In this document: piece by piece, positions 50,601 through 63,430 of the stretch | Layout of the letters: the number at the start of each line of letters is the position of its first letter | Numbering within the stretch: position 1 is the stretch's first letter | Source of the DNA: Mobula hypostoma | Taxonomy: Eukaryota | Reading direction: 5' to 3' | Length of the DNA: 64,000 nt | Assembly: GCF_963921235.1 (NCBI RefSeq) | Contig: NC_086097.1 | Location: 53,446,001 to 53,510,000 of the forward strand | The notes under the pieces: model-generated | The model's database searches: none | The model's input: the letters and a program-made list of their open reading frames with translations, nothing else | What the model was told of the DNA's origin: nothing | Translations under genes and position numbers: made by a program

Positions 50601-51990
50601 ACTTCGCACACAGTGAACTACTTTGATGTCTTGAGTCAGAAAAAATGAAGACACTTGTTTTGTGTTTGCAAAAGGCAAGTTATTCAGAAAGAAACGTTGG
50701 TTGTTGCAGACTACACAAATCAACTTTGTGTATACCAGTGCTACACACTTCCATGTGGAGATTTTCCTGGATTAATGTGCAATGGATGGGTTGGGTGAAA
50801 TTGATAGTGAGAAGTTGGGCAGTTCAGTGGTTCCATTTGTAAAGGAGCCAGCTTAATTTTCACTTCATTAATTTAAGTGGAAGGAAAACTGAATGGGTTC
50901 CTTTACATGCATGCCCTCTGACATGTTCAATTTTCTAATATTCATTGGCCCCCAAGTGATCCAATGTGCCTGGGCATGAGTCCAACTCTCTTCTTGTGCA
51001 AATCAAAAACACATCAGGATTATGACATCCTTCATTTCTTTCCAGAAAACAAGAAATACCCTTTGTCAGCTATGAAGTATTGAAGACACCACTGGTGTGT
51101 TAGCAAGCTGAACAGATAAGCCTTTTATTTTGTAGTTTTCTCGTCATATAGTGATTTGGCATTGAGCACCTCAGATGGCTAGTGTCCTAGGTGGTCACAT
51201 TCTATTTTAAATATTCTAAAGTTCTTTATCAATATAGTACTCAGGGGTGAAATTTAATATTCCATCATTATCAGGGTAATAAAATAACTTGCCAACATTC
51301 AGTAGTCACTGAAAAATACAATCTTTGAACAACAATGTTCATTTAGCCCCATAATATTGCTGTGTTAATCCTTGTTGGAAACATCTTCAGGTGCTTCCTG
51401 AATAATGAAATAACTGCATGACTCATCCTCTATCCCAATAATAAAAACAGGGCTATTTTCTGATGACTGCACAATGTGAAATTCCTTTTGGAACTCCTCT
51501 GTTGATTGAAGAGTGGATATCTGCAGGCAATAAGATCTAAATACTATTCAGATATGGGCTGCTAAATAACAAGTAATATTTATGTCACACATCTTCAGTA
51601 AGGGAGACTCTAACCACTTCTCTAGATATGCCACCAAAATGTGCTCACCAAGTTCCCTACAATTCTCATATCTGGAATCACCTTTGAAACATAACTTGAG
51701 GCTGGGCATTCTGTTCTTGAAATTTCCAAAGCTTCTCCACCACCAAGAATGTGATGACATCTCTCCGCCTGCTTGGAGATGAATGACTCCAACAACACTT
51801 GGGAAGCTTGACAGTTCCAGGGCAAAACAGCCTACCACCCACTCTATTAGCCGAATATACTGGCTACCATGTTCACCTTTTGCTAAGTTCACTGCAAGGG
51901 TTTCTCACAGAAACTTCCAAATCTTCAGACTATACCAGCAAAGAGGACAGGGGCATCAGGCAGACTGAAACATTACCAACTATTTTCCCT

Positions 51991-52578
51991 CGCAAACACG
52001 AGGAAATCTGCAGATGCTGGAATTTCAAGCAACACACATAAAAGTTCCACATCCCATTTCCATTCTGATATGTCTATCCACGGCCTCCTCTACTGCAAAG
52101 ATGAAGCCACACTCAGGTTGGAGGAACAGCACCTTATGTTCTGTCTGAGTAGCCTCTAACCTGATGGCATGAACATTGACTTCTCAAACTTCCGTTAATG
52201 CCCCACCTCCCCCTCGTACCCCATCAGTTATTTATTTATATACACACATTCTTTTTCTCTCTCTCCTTTGTCCCTCTCACTATACCCCTTGCCCATCCTC
52301 TGGGCTTTCCCCCCCCACCCCTTTTCTTTTTCCCTGGGCCTCCTTTCCCATGATCCTCTCGTATCCCCTTTGCCAATCACCTGTCCAGCTCTTGGCTCCA
52401 TCCCTCCCCCTCCAGTCTTCTCCCGTCATTTCAGATCTCCCCCTCCACCTCCCACTTTCAAATCTCTTACTAACTCTTCCTTCAGTTAGTCCTGACGAAG
52501 GGTCTCAACCTGAAACGTCGACTGTACCTCTTCCTAGAGATGCTGTCTGGCCTGCTGCGTTCACCAGCAACCTCTATG
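51991..52578 (+). mobile_element. Penelope-like element: inverted 5' pLTR piece, GIY-YIG C-terminus, pLTR with hammerhead
   Basis: Encodes HSDMSIHGLLYCKDEATLRLEEQHL...L*PDGMNIDFSNFR*; TSD CAACTATTTTCCCT (51977-51990) / CAATTACTTTCCCT (52579-52592). Confidence 0.9.
52488..52523 (+). ncRNA. Minimal type I hammerhead ribozyme motif (PLE type), core intact
   Basis: AGTC-CTGACGA-AGGGTCTCAACCT-GAAAC-GTC-GACT. Confidence 0.7.
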
Positions 52579-53246
52579 CAATTACTTTCCCTACCATGTT
52601 GACATGTAAATATAATGTCAATATATTACCAATCTTTCATTGTTATTAAGCAAAATCACGGAACTCCTTACCTAATAGTATTGCAATGTGGAAGAATTTT
52701 CCATCATATGACATTAGTTCAGAAATATCACTGAAACCTTCAAAACACCAATTACGGGCAGGACTGGGAATTAGTCCTGCCAGCAAAGGTCATATTGTGT
52801 AGAGAATTTAATGAAAAATTACTTTACATAGCATTAGTAGATTATAAGCATTAAATGCATGTTTAACCAGATATATTTATATTCAGGTGATTTAATATAT
52901 TTAAACAGTCACAGATATAAACCATTTGATAAAGATACAATTGCTAAAATAACAATAAATTAGCAATTATGGTTTTTATGGAATGTCCATCTGTCATAAT
53001 GATGCAAAAAGAAAACTTTTATATTCAAAATGCTATGATAAACTTACTATTGCATTTTTGCTCTGCCATCAGTGCAATGGTTTTCAACATCACACAGTCT
53101 GCCATCCACCTTTGTGTAAGGGAGTTCAGCAATAGCTATGTACATTTCATTCCTTTTTGTCAGAGACCAGCAGGGGAGACAGACCAGCAAGATAGCACTT
53201 GGCTTTGGCAAGATTGCAGGCTTCCTCATGATGCTCAGTAATATTG

Positions 53247-53840
53247 ATTATCCATGTCAACAAACACACATAAAAACTTCTATGGTTGTACCATGGAGAG
53301 CATTCTGACAGGCTGCTTCACTGTCTGGTATGGAGGGGCTACTGCACAGGACCGAAAGAAGCTGCAGAAGGTTGTAGGTCTAGTCAGCTCCATCCTGGGC
53401 ACTAGCCTACAAAGTACCCAGGACATCTTCAGGGAGCGGTGTTTCAGAAAGGCAGCGTCCATTATTAAGGACCTCCAGCACCCAGGGCATGCCCTTTTCT
53501 CACTGCTACCATCAGGTAGAAGGTACAGGAGCCTGAAGGCACACACACAGTGATTCAGGAACAGCTTCTTCTGCTCTGCCATCTGATTCCTAAATAGACA
53601 TTGAATCTTTGGACACTACCTCACTTTTTTTTTAATATACAGTATTTCTGTTTTTGCACCTTTTTTTTGGTCTATTCAATATACTTATACCATAATTGAT
53701 TTACTTATTTACTATTATTATTTTTAAATCATTTTATTTATTTATTTTCTCTGCTAGGTTATGTATTGCATGGAACTGCTGCTGCTAGGTTAACAAATTT
53801 CACGTCACATGCCGGTGATAATAAACCTGATTCTGCTTCT
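53247..53840 (+). mobile_element. Rex1/Babar LINE 3' fragment
   Basis: FYGCTMESILTGCFTVWYG...RKAASIIKD...LLPSGRRYRS; tail aataaacctgattctg. Confidence 0.9.
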
Positions 53841-56800
53841 GCATTGCTGACTCCAAGATGACTCCAAGGCATAGCATGCATAGAATAAAAGTCATTCTAT
53901 CACTGGGCATTTTGTTCTTGAAATTTCATTTACATGACATGGTAGAACAAAATCCCTTACCTCCGAACAGCAGTGTGAGAGACAGTAGCCTGTTACATGC
54001 TACAGGACATTGCCTCAATGAAGGGATAGCCTGAACCACCAATTGTACAGCAAGCAATTGATAGCAGGAATCTGAAAAAAAGGAGCAGCTGAGGAATAGC
54101 AAAGAAGAGGAGGAAGAGGAGAATGTGAAGGGCCAACCTAGCTAGTTCCTTTCATCCAAGGTTGATTGTGATGAGCTAATTTGGGAGCAGGACCAGAAAT
54201 TGCAACCAAAATTCCTCATTCACAAACAGTCCAGCATTCATCTCCTTTCCGTCACTGACCACCACAGGATCCTCTCGACTAAAAATCAACAAGAACAGCC
54301 ACTACAAACAAGATTCATGAATAAATCAAGCAATTTTGCCATGTACACTTAACCCCACTATTCAGACATTTTTCTTTGGTGTCTGTTGTCCATTTACTAA
54401 ACGTATATTTCTATTGTGCTTATAAGCAACATGAACTGTTTTTAAGTTGTCTGTGGCTTAGTTAATAGGACTTTTACACAGAATGAGAAGAACCTCATAT
54501 TCCACATCAGATATTCCAGAATGAAAATCTAGGCTGACATCCAATCTAGTACCAGGCCAACATGGCTTGATTTTATTCATGAATCTTGTTCATAGTGGCT
54601 ATCCTCATTGTTGTGTTGCTCTATCAGGAGTATGTCTTTAACAAGGGATGTTAAATTAAGTGCTCATCAGTCATTTAAGGTATAATAAAAAAATACTATG
54701 ACACCATTTTGAAGGAGGTTAGGAAGTTAGTTGAGTGTGCTGTTTCATATTTATTCTTGGAGCATCACACAAAATAGATCATCTGATCACTATTACATTG
54801 TTATATGTGGGAGCTTGTAATGTGCATATTGATTGACCGTTTCTAACACTGCAGCAGTGACTATACACAGAGAAACAACATTGTTGGTCATGAATCTCTG
54901 ACGTGTTGTGGAAGGGGTGCGAAAGTTGCTAAAGAAGTGCAAGGTTTCCCAATTTTCCTTCCTGTCACTGCTAATGGATGGACTCTGGCTCTGGAGATGC
55001 CTTTCTAAACTCCAGACCACAGGCTCGGCCGGCTGGCTGAGTCATTTGGTCTCAACCTAAATGTCCAGCCTGTGAGATGTGGGTGTGAAGAATGCAGCAG
55101 TGCCAACTATATCACAAAGACATGAACCATATGAAGCCTGGGAATGATTTTGGCTAATATAGGTTAATGGTAGGTGAGTAGTGGCTGTTATGTATTTTGA
55201 ATTTGAAGCTATTCACAACAGTTACTTGTGCAAGGTCACCAGTACTGCATCCTGACATTGGAGACAAGACGTGGTATTGACGTTTTATTGTGTGTTCCTT
55301 TGGAGGGTAACCTAACAAATGGAAGATATTTCTCCAACTCTCCATCTCTTCTACCCAATGCAGAGTTTGAAGATCAGGGTTCTTCACTACCAGCACCTGC
55401 CCCCGCCAACGTGCACCACTCTTTTAAGAAGTGCAACAACACAGATTAACTTTAACTAACAAGACTCAGTAGTGATTTTCATGTTCCTGGCCAACTGCTG
55501 GAGCATGAGAGCTATCAACAATGCATTGAGTGCTGGCTGCAGGTGGCGGCCTTATAATGAAAGGCAGAATGAAGCTGATAAGTCGCTTGTATTGAAATCA
55601 AAATACAATATTTCATTTCAAACATGATGCCAGTGCTGTTTTCTGGTGTTATCAAACTTATTCCTCTTTGTCCTGTTATGAATGAATGATTCCATAATAG
55701 GCCTGAATGTATCAGAAATACTGTGTATTCTCACAACTGAATCATCCAAACCTATAATGTAATATGGAACAAAGCTCAAAATAAGTTTTTAGCCAATGGT
55801 GACTGAATATGATGAATAGTTTGAACCCATATCATTTTAATACAATCCAAAATTCAATTAGTCAACACATGATCAAATACAATTTAAGTCTCTGCCTATT
55901 CCTTAAACTTCCAATTCTTCTGTTGCCTCTCCTTGAGATGCTTCTTCTCATTTTCTTATCCAAATACAACTGCAAGGTTGTCATGAAGTGTCTGGTACAT
56001 TGCTCAATGCAACTATTCTTGTATAAGCTCAGTCATTGAGTTTTTTGAGTTCTAGAACTGTAAGTGGCCATGCAGACATGCCCTGACTACACCCACTATC
56101 TACTCCTTCAGTCTTATCTGAATCTCTGAATAAAAGTCTAACATAGGAAATCTGGGTGATTTCTTTCCCCTTTTTAAGTGAGGTGCTGAGGCCAACAATC
56201 TGTCCCTGTTGCCATCCGCCTGATTATGAGCAAATAAGTACATTATTGTCTTTGCGTCTCAGCTCCATGCTGTTTGATCCATTTGCCACTGAGCCACCAA
56301 AATAAGAAACCTATCTAGGATCATTTAAGTTTCTGATGGAGAGTTCATTTTGGCCTGGTTGGATTTGATCACTCTGTGTTATTTAATGTATGATGTGTTC
56401 TGTGGTCTATCAGTTGCCTACAACAACTGCTGGAAATAAACCCCGGGGTTTGGCACGCTTACAGCAATCATTTGCTTCATGGTTTACATTTCTGTTGTAA
56501 GTGAATGTCAGTAACAGTGCCAACATTCATAAACAGTACATCTCTTGCAATGCCATGAAATGTAAAACGTTCCTCAATTTATTAAAATCATAGATATTTA
56601 CAAACTCACAACTGATTTTACATGCAGTAAACTATACAAAATAGCGTGATTGAAAGTAACATATTATACCGGGGTTCATTAATTCAGTCAAACTCTGTTT
56701 CGTACAGCAATCGGAACATTGCATAGTCTTGCTTCCTTCTAGATTTTGTGGTTTAGTGTTTAGGACTAGAATTATTTTTCAACATTTCAGTAATGACTGG

Positions 56801-58194
56801 AATTACAAAATTGTAATCAGTGTGAAAGGATGCAGCTTGTTTAGACTGAAAAAGATAAATGTGGTGGCCACATGTACTCTCATCTTCCTACTTTAGGATT
56901 ATGGTGAAAGATGTCGTGCTAAGAAGTCACAGAGATACAGAGACAACTTACTGGTTTTAAATCAGCAAGCTGTTTCCCACATTCATTGAGAGCAGTGCCC
57001 TTCATATTTGGAAGACATCAAGTGCTTCACCAAGTCCATATGCTCCACATCTAGATTTTGCTTACATCTCGGTTGGTTTGTTTAATATACAGTATATCAA
57101 AAATGTTTTTGACACAAGTATGCAGAAAGTGGAAAATATACAATTCATAGATTGTAAACAAATAGAAATAAATATTGATAGTTTAGATAGCCCAAATTTT
57201 AATTTTGGCCCAGTTTTATGCAAGCATGCATTCATTTGAATGAATTTACTTACATTTTTGGAAACTTAGAAAAATGTTTATTTGTATGAAAACTGATCGC
57301 TAAGTATGATTTGAAACCCCATTCATGAAATCGCTGTGCAATCTATGGTAAGTATGATATGTGCAGACCTTGATCATTGGAGCAGCCTTTCACAAGCTGC
57401 TGAAGAGTTCAGCAATGAGATGGCATAGATAGTCCAGAAGTGACAACAATGATCTCACCTCTAACAGTTTCATGTCACATTGCTATCGGTGATTTGAGTT
57501 ACTTACGCCCATAAGTCCTCAACCATTTGTACTATGGTGAGGGGGAGAATGGTATGGGAGCAAATATTTGGCATCCTACAAGAGGAAATACTTCCATATT
57601 GTATGGTTACATAATGGCTTCCTAAACATCACCTCAATTGAGCAGATCATTTATCTGTGCATTGGAGATATAACCATTCCCTGTGAGGAATATCACATCT
57701 CTCTTTGAGAATAAACACGCAGCTAGCTAGGGCGTGCTGCTCCAATCTATCGACCTGATGCACCAACTATCGCACAGGTCTTTAAGTAGAATGAATATAT
57801 CTAAAACCCTTTGAGTGTGTGAAAAATGGTTCAACAAAAGCAGAGAAAGAGGAGGGCACACTCTCATTCTGTAGTGAGTATGGCTACAGTCTGGAGGACA
57901 ATCACTCCATTTTAGATAACAGAATGGAAATACCATGTCATAGAACTGCTTGTGTGCAGGAAGTAGATTCTTCTATGCCTTCAGACCTCCTAATGCCTTA
58001 CGTAATGACAGCTGCACTGCAAACATTTTTCTTTACATGGTGAAATCTCTGTAAGCAAGTCCACATTTTTGTCAGACTCATCACAGCTGAGAGATATCAT
58101 TTCCATATTTCACATAGATGTAGAATGACCTTCACCCATTGAATTGATGCTACCCTCTTATGCCCCATTTGCAACTTCTTTCCCTGACTCCTAC

Positions 58195-58395
58195 ACCTAG
58201 GACAATCTGCACTCAGTTAACCTAACAACTATTATTTCTTCAGGATGTGAGATGAAACCAGAGGATCCAGGTGAAAACCATAGAGTTACTGGAGAATGTG
58301 AGAATGTGAAATCTCCTCATAGGGTTTCAGGTTAGGATCAAAACCTGGATTACAGGAGCTCTGAGATAGTGACACCACATATGGTGCCATTGTGT
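58195..58395 (-). mobile_element. Degenerate V-SINE
   Basis: caggatgtgagatgaaaccagaggatccaggtgaaaacca is a reverse-complemented V-domain. Confidence 0.55.
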
Positions 58396-59689
58396 GCTGT
58401 TACTTATCCCACCTGCATTGCCATCACTGCCTGTACCTGTACATTTCACCAGACACAGATCCCTCAAAGCTGCTATCTCTTGATCTTGGTGCCAGCCTTT
58501 GACCTAATATTTTGGAGGGGGTAAAGCCTATACTCTTTTCTTTCCTTAAATGCGATCTCCTTTTCCATAATGCTTTCATGTGGTGAATGGGAGAGTTTCT
58601 GGGAAGATGACTGTACAAGGAGAAGAATAAACTTTACAAGCTTCAACAGTTGGACAATAAAAGACTGATCTTGTTACTAAGGCTTTTGAACAGCTGACAG
58701 CATAATAATTTGTGATAGATAAAAGCATAAAATATCTAAGCTGAAAACATGCTGATAGGAAGGACCGGATTTGCCATATCCTATTTTCTCAGCCCTTAAT
58801 TTCTCTGCCATTTGTTTGAGAGCCACGGTGGTTTCTTTGTACCATCATATCTTCGGGTCTGTGTATTGTCCTTCTTTGCAAAAGGAGGAGGGTAAGTTGT
58901 GAGCTGCTGTTAAGGAAACATTTTGCTGGGTGAGGACTCTGCGTGTAGTGCATAAGCTGAGAGCTAGATGCAGTAAGATACTTTGTGAATGAATAGAACT
59001 CATTTGGGAAGTAAACCAGTTGATAGAAGACTTTATTGTCTGTGTTTCCTTGTTGTGTACTTGTTCCATTTTATTATCTTGCTGAAAATGATGATCCACA
59101 AGCTTTACTTCTGCTGTGCTGGTTATAACAGTGGTTTCTTGGCCATTCATTAACTGGGTGGTTTCAGGTATATAATATAAGTCAGAGTCTGAAATATGAA
59201 AACTCTTCTAGATTTATTCAAATGTCTTTCATTAAATATGTTTCTTGCATTAGCAGGAGTTAATTGTTACATCACCATTTATGCTTCTAAAAATGAGTGA
59301 TGGAAATTCAGGAGATTTGAAGGGGAGAATGGAGAAAGAATAGATTTTGGACGAGAGGAGGAGAGGAGAGGGAGAATAAGAAGATAAAAGGAAGAAAGAA
59401 AAAAGTTGCAGAGTTGGGAGGATAGATCAGAGGAAGGCAAGAGAGCACAAGGGGAGAGGAGACAGTAGGAAATTAAAAACTAAACTAAATTAAATAGCTT
59501 TAGGCCCTTTGTCATTCTCTGTAAAGAAAAAGTAATTCATCAATCAGTCTTTGAAATCACTAAATGCATAAATATTGTTGGAAAGCTTCTGCTCTGACCT
59601 AATGGGGATAAAGCAGCAAATGTGGCACAGGGATGTTCCTGAAACTAGATGTTGCACAAAAGTTGCAGAATTAAAATTCACAGAAAGAT

Positions 59690-60010
59690 ACAACACAGAA
59701 ACAAGCTATTCAGTGTTAAACAGGCCATTTGGCCCTATGAGTCTGTGGCAACTATTAGACACAGTAAACCTACATTAATCCCATTTTTAAATTCTCCCAG
59801 ATTCTCTTCAACACCCTCAATAATGTACCGTTCACCTACACACTAGGGATCGTGGCTAATCAACCTACCAATTTACAGTTTTGGAACATGAGAGGAAATT
59901 GGAGCAACTGGAGAACCCCATAGGGTCACTGGGAATAGATGCAAACCCCACACAGACAGCTCCAAAGATCCACATTGAATCCAGGACTCAAATACCATAA
60001 TGCTGCAGCT
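59690..60010 (-). mobile_element. V-SINE
   Basis: gagaggaaattggagcaactggagaacccca...tgcaaaccccacacagacagc is a reverse-complemented V-domain; CR1-like end aggccatttggccc. Confidence 0.65.
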
Positions 60011-60190
60011 TAAAAATTGAGCCATTATACACCTTTGCTTTAATATAACAGAATATAAGTACAGTATAAGATAACGAATGAAATAAAAATAAATAAAAGC
60101 AAAGCTGGAATATTGAAAACAGAGATGTAGCGCTAAGGCGTTGGTCACATGCATTTGGAATATTGTGAGCAATTTTGGGCCTTGAATCTA

Positions 60191-62235
60191 AGATAGTCAG
60201 GATGCACAAGTGCTCCTTGTTCCCAGCATCCTCAACACGGGTACCCTCAGGACCGTACGCTGAGCCCATTGATGTAAACTCTGCTCACACATGATAGTAC
60301 GGCCAGACACCCAAGTAATCACATTGTCAAAGCAACACACACAAAATGCTGGAGGAACTCAGCAGGCCAGGCAGCATCTATGGAAAAGAGTACAACTGGC
60401 ATTTCAGCCTGAGACCCTTCAGCAGGACTGGAGAAGGAAAGATGAAGAGTCAGAGTTGGTGAGAAGGTGGGGGGAAGGGGAGGAAGAACCACAAGGTGAA
60501 AGGTGAAACTGGGAGGGGTGAAGTAAAGAGCTGGGAAGTTGATTGGTGAAAGAGATACCGGGCTGGAGAAGGGGAATTTGTAGGAGAGGTTAGAAAGCCA
60601 TGGAAGAAAGAAAAGGAGGAGGAGCACCAGAGGGAGGAGATGGGTAGGCAAGGAGATGAGGTGAGAGAGGGAAAAGGGGATGGGGAATGGTTAAGGAGTG
60701 GGGAGCATTACCAGATGTTCGAGAAATCAATGTTCATGCCATCGGGTTGGAAGCTACCCAGACGGAATTAAAAGCTGTTACTCCTCCAACCTGAGTGTGG
60801 CCTCATTGTGACAGTAGAGGCAGCCATGGACTGACATGTTGGAATGGGAATAGGAAGTGCAATTAAAATGAGTGGCCACTGGGAGGTCCCACTTTTTCTG
60901 ACAGATGGAGTGTTGGTACTTGGTGAAGTCGTCTCCCAATCTACATGGGCCTCACCAATACACAAGAAGCCACACCAGGACCACCAGGAACAGCAGATGA
61001 CCCCAACAGACTCACAGGTGAAGTGTCATCTCACCTGAAAGAACAGTTTGGTCGCACCCTCTCGGTTTCACCTATCACCTTGTGCTTCTCCCTCTCCTCC
61101 CCTCCACCTTCTAAATTTGACACCTCATCTATTTTTCTCCAGTCCTACTGAAAGGTCTTGGGCCAAAACACCAATTGTACTCTTTTCTACAGATTCTGCC
61201 TGGCCTGCTGAATTTCCCCAGCATTTTTTGCGTGTTGCTTGGACTTCCAGCATCTGCAGATTTTCTCTTGTTTGTGATTGAATCACATTGTCAGGTTCGT
61301 CGATTTCATGACAGTGGGGGAGCTCATCACCAACAATGTTGAGACAGTCTACAGAGAGGAGGTGAAAGAGCTCGAGACCTGCTGCCAGGCAAGTAACCTC
61401 TTCCTCAATGTTAACAAGACAAAGGAGATGGCTATCAACTTAAGGAGGACTCACACCACTCATACCTGCTTAACATCGATGGCACAAACTCTTGGGAGAG
61501 CACATCACACAAAAACCTCTCATGGTCCCAGAACACATCCTACATGGTCAGGAAAGCTCACCAATGCCTCTGCTTCCTGAGCAGGCTGAAGGGAACTGGA
61601 CTAGGCACATCCATACTTACATCATTCTACAGTTGTGCAGTAGAGAGCATCCCAACATGCTGCACCACTGCATGGTACAGAAACTGCACTGTGTTGGACA
61701 GGAAGGCTCTACAATGGGTCGTTAAAACTTCCCAACACGTCACTGGCACCAGTCTACCACCATCAAGGACATACACTATATACAGAAAGGTGCCGGAATA
61801 GGGCCAGTACCATCAGGAAGGATCCCACCCACCCTGCTCACGGACTGTTTGCCCCAATCCCATCAGGGACTATGTAGCACCCAGTCTGGGACCACCAGAC
61901 TCAAAAACAGCTACATTTCCCAGACAGTAAGTCTAATCAACACCTCTACTGACTAACTCACCCCTCCATGCTCCCAAACACCACTACTTTATTATTTCCT
62001 GTCGGTAATCTTATGTACAGACACTCCTGTGCCTAGCAACACTTGATGAACATACAATCAATCTATATATATAAGCTATCTTATGCATTTATAATGTATT
62101 TATTATGTTTTTAAAATTATTATTGTGTTCTTTATCTTTGGTGTTTTTTTCTGCTGCATCAGATCTGCAGTAACAACTATTTTGTTCTCCCTTACACTTG
62201 TATACAGAAAAAGACATTAAACAATCTTGAATCTT
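60191..62235 (+). mobile_element. Rex1/Babar LINE, RT to tail, with nested PLE
   Basis: LNVNKTKEM, KAHQCLCFLSRL, FYSCAVESI; tail aatcttgaatctt. Confidence 0.88.
60330..61280 (-). mobile_element. Penelope-like element with GIY-YIG endonuclease remnant and inverted pLTRs
   Basis: Minus HFTCESVGVICC...CGFLCIGE (degenerate GIY-YIG); perfect 13-bp TSD AATCACATTGTCA (60317-60329, 61281-61293). Confidence 0.9.
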
Positions 62236-63327
62236 AAGGAAAGATAATCTGGTCCATGAAAGGGTCCAGAAAAGGTTCACAGGCATGATCGCAGGAATGG
62301 AAGACTTGATATATGAAGAGAATTTGATGTCTCTGGGCCTGTACTCAATGCAGTTCAGAAGGATGAGTAGAATTGCATTGAAACATACCATATATTGAAA
62401 GGCCTGGATAGAGTAGAGAGAGAGAGAATTTTTCCAATAGTAGGACGGTATAGGATCTGAGAGCCCATCATCAGAAATAAAGAATTCCGTCAGCCAGAGG
62501 TTGGTAAAACTGTGGAATTTGTTGTCATAGAGGGTTGTGGAGGCCAAGTATTTGGGTGTATTTAAGGCAGAGATCGATTGATTCTTGATTGGTAATGGAT
62601 TATGGGGAGAAGGCAGCAATGAGGTTGAAAAAGAAATCCAGCATGAAAGAATGATGGATCAGAGTCAGAGGGCTGAGTGACTGAATTCTGCTCCTATATC
62701 TTATGGTCCTATGGCTAGTTTGCTGTCCATGAAAAGGAACATAGTCTTTCACCAAAGCTAAATGTTGAAGAATTCTGGAGAACCAGTTAGAAGTTATCTT
62801 GTTTAAACAATGTTATATTACTACATGAAGCCACGGTGGTGCTAGAAAGTTAGTGAACCCTGTAAAATTTTCTCTATTTCTGCATATGATCTAAAATGTA
62901 ATCAGGTCTTCATATAAGTCCTAAAAAAATTGAACCCACATTTCATTTCAGACACATTAGGTCAAATATTAAGTGATGCCAAAGAGGTAGACCACGGCTT
63001 TGAAAAGCCATCAAGGAACTTTGTAGTGTAAAGCCTTCCAAATATCAAGCAAGAAAGTGCTCTTGTGGCCTCCACCACTTTCCAAAAGGATGTACAGCCT
63101 GTGATTTTCTACATTGTCGTTGCACAAACACTTGTGCTTACAACAGGGACATTTGGATAATATGCGGTTTTTAAAAATTGTTCTAAGTATTTCGTAATTT
63201 GCGTTTTCTGGAATCATCAATTCCTTGCACTAGACAAACTCCAACCATCAACACACTGCACAGAGAATTGAAAAAGCCGAAATTTACTCCAACAGCGAGA
63301 GATTTTGGTTTGTGCGTCCACCCTTAC

Positions 63328-63430
63328 CTGACTCTCGCAATTTACTGCCTTCAGCTTTTGTCCTGGTAGTTCTCTCACTCCCTGCCAAATCCATCAGGGA
63401 CAGCTGCCTTACAGTTGTCTGATCCTTTGC
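63328..63430 (-). CDS. KIF23: Single internal coding exon of a kinesin-6 (KIF23/MKLP1-like) motor domain; functional gene or isolated duplicate is unresolved
   Basis: ttttatcttAG | 103-nt open exon [35 protein letters not shown] | GTAAG; carries switch II DLAGSER and closely parallels KIF23 [35 protein letters not shown] (recalled); too short for the ORF track. Confidence 0.8.

Larger units (their letters stand above)
60100..62713 (+). mobile_element. CR1 3' fragment split by a Rex1/Babar element
   Basis: ttggaatattgtgagcaattttgggcc to ~60191; resumes taaggaaagat at ~62235; tail atcttatggtcctatg. Confidence 0.8.

Noticed and set aside
59320..59470. Purine-rich tract
   Set aside because: Low-complexity GA sequence with no defined unit or further structure.
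63011..63220. Cys-containing minus ORF as the next kinesin exon
   Set aside because: No similarity to the expected NINQSL or VPYRDSKLT segments.
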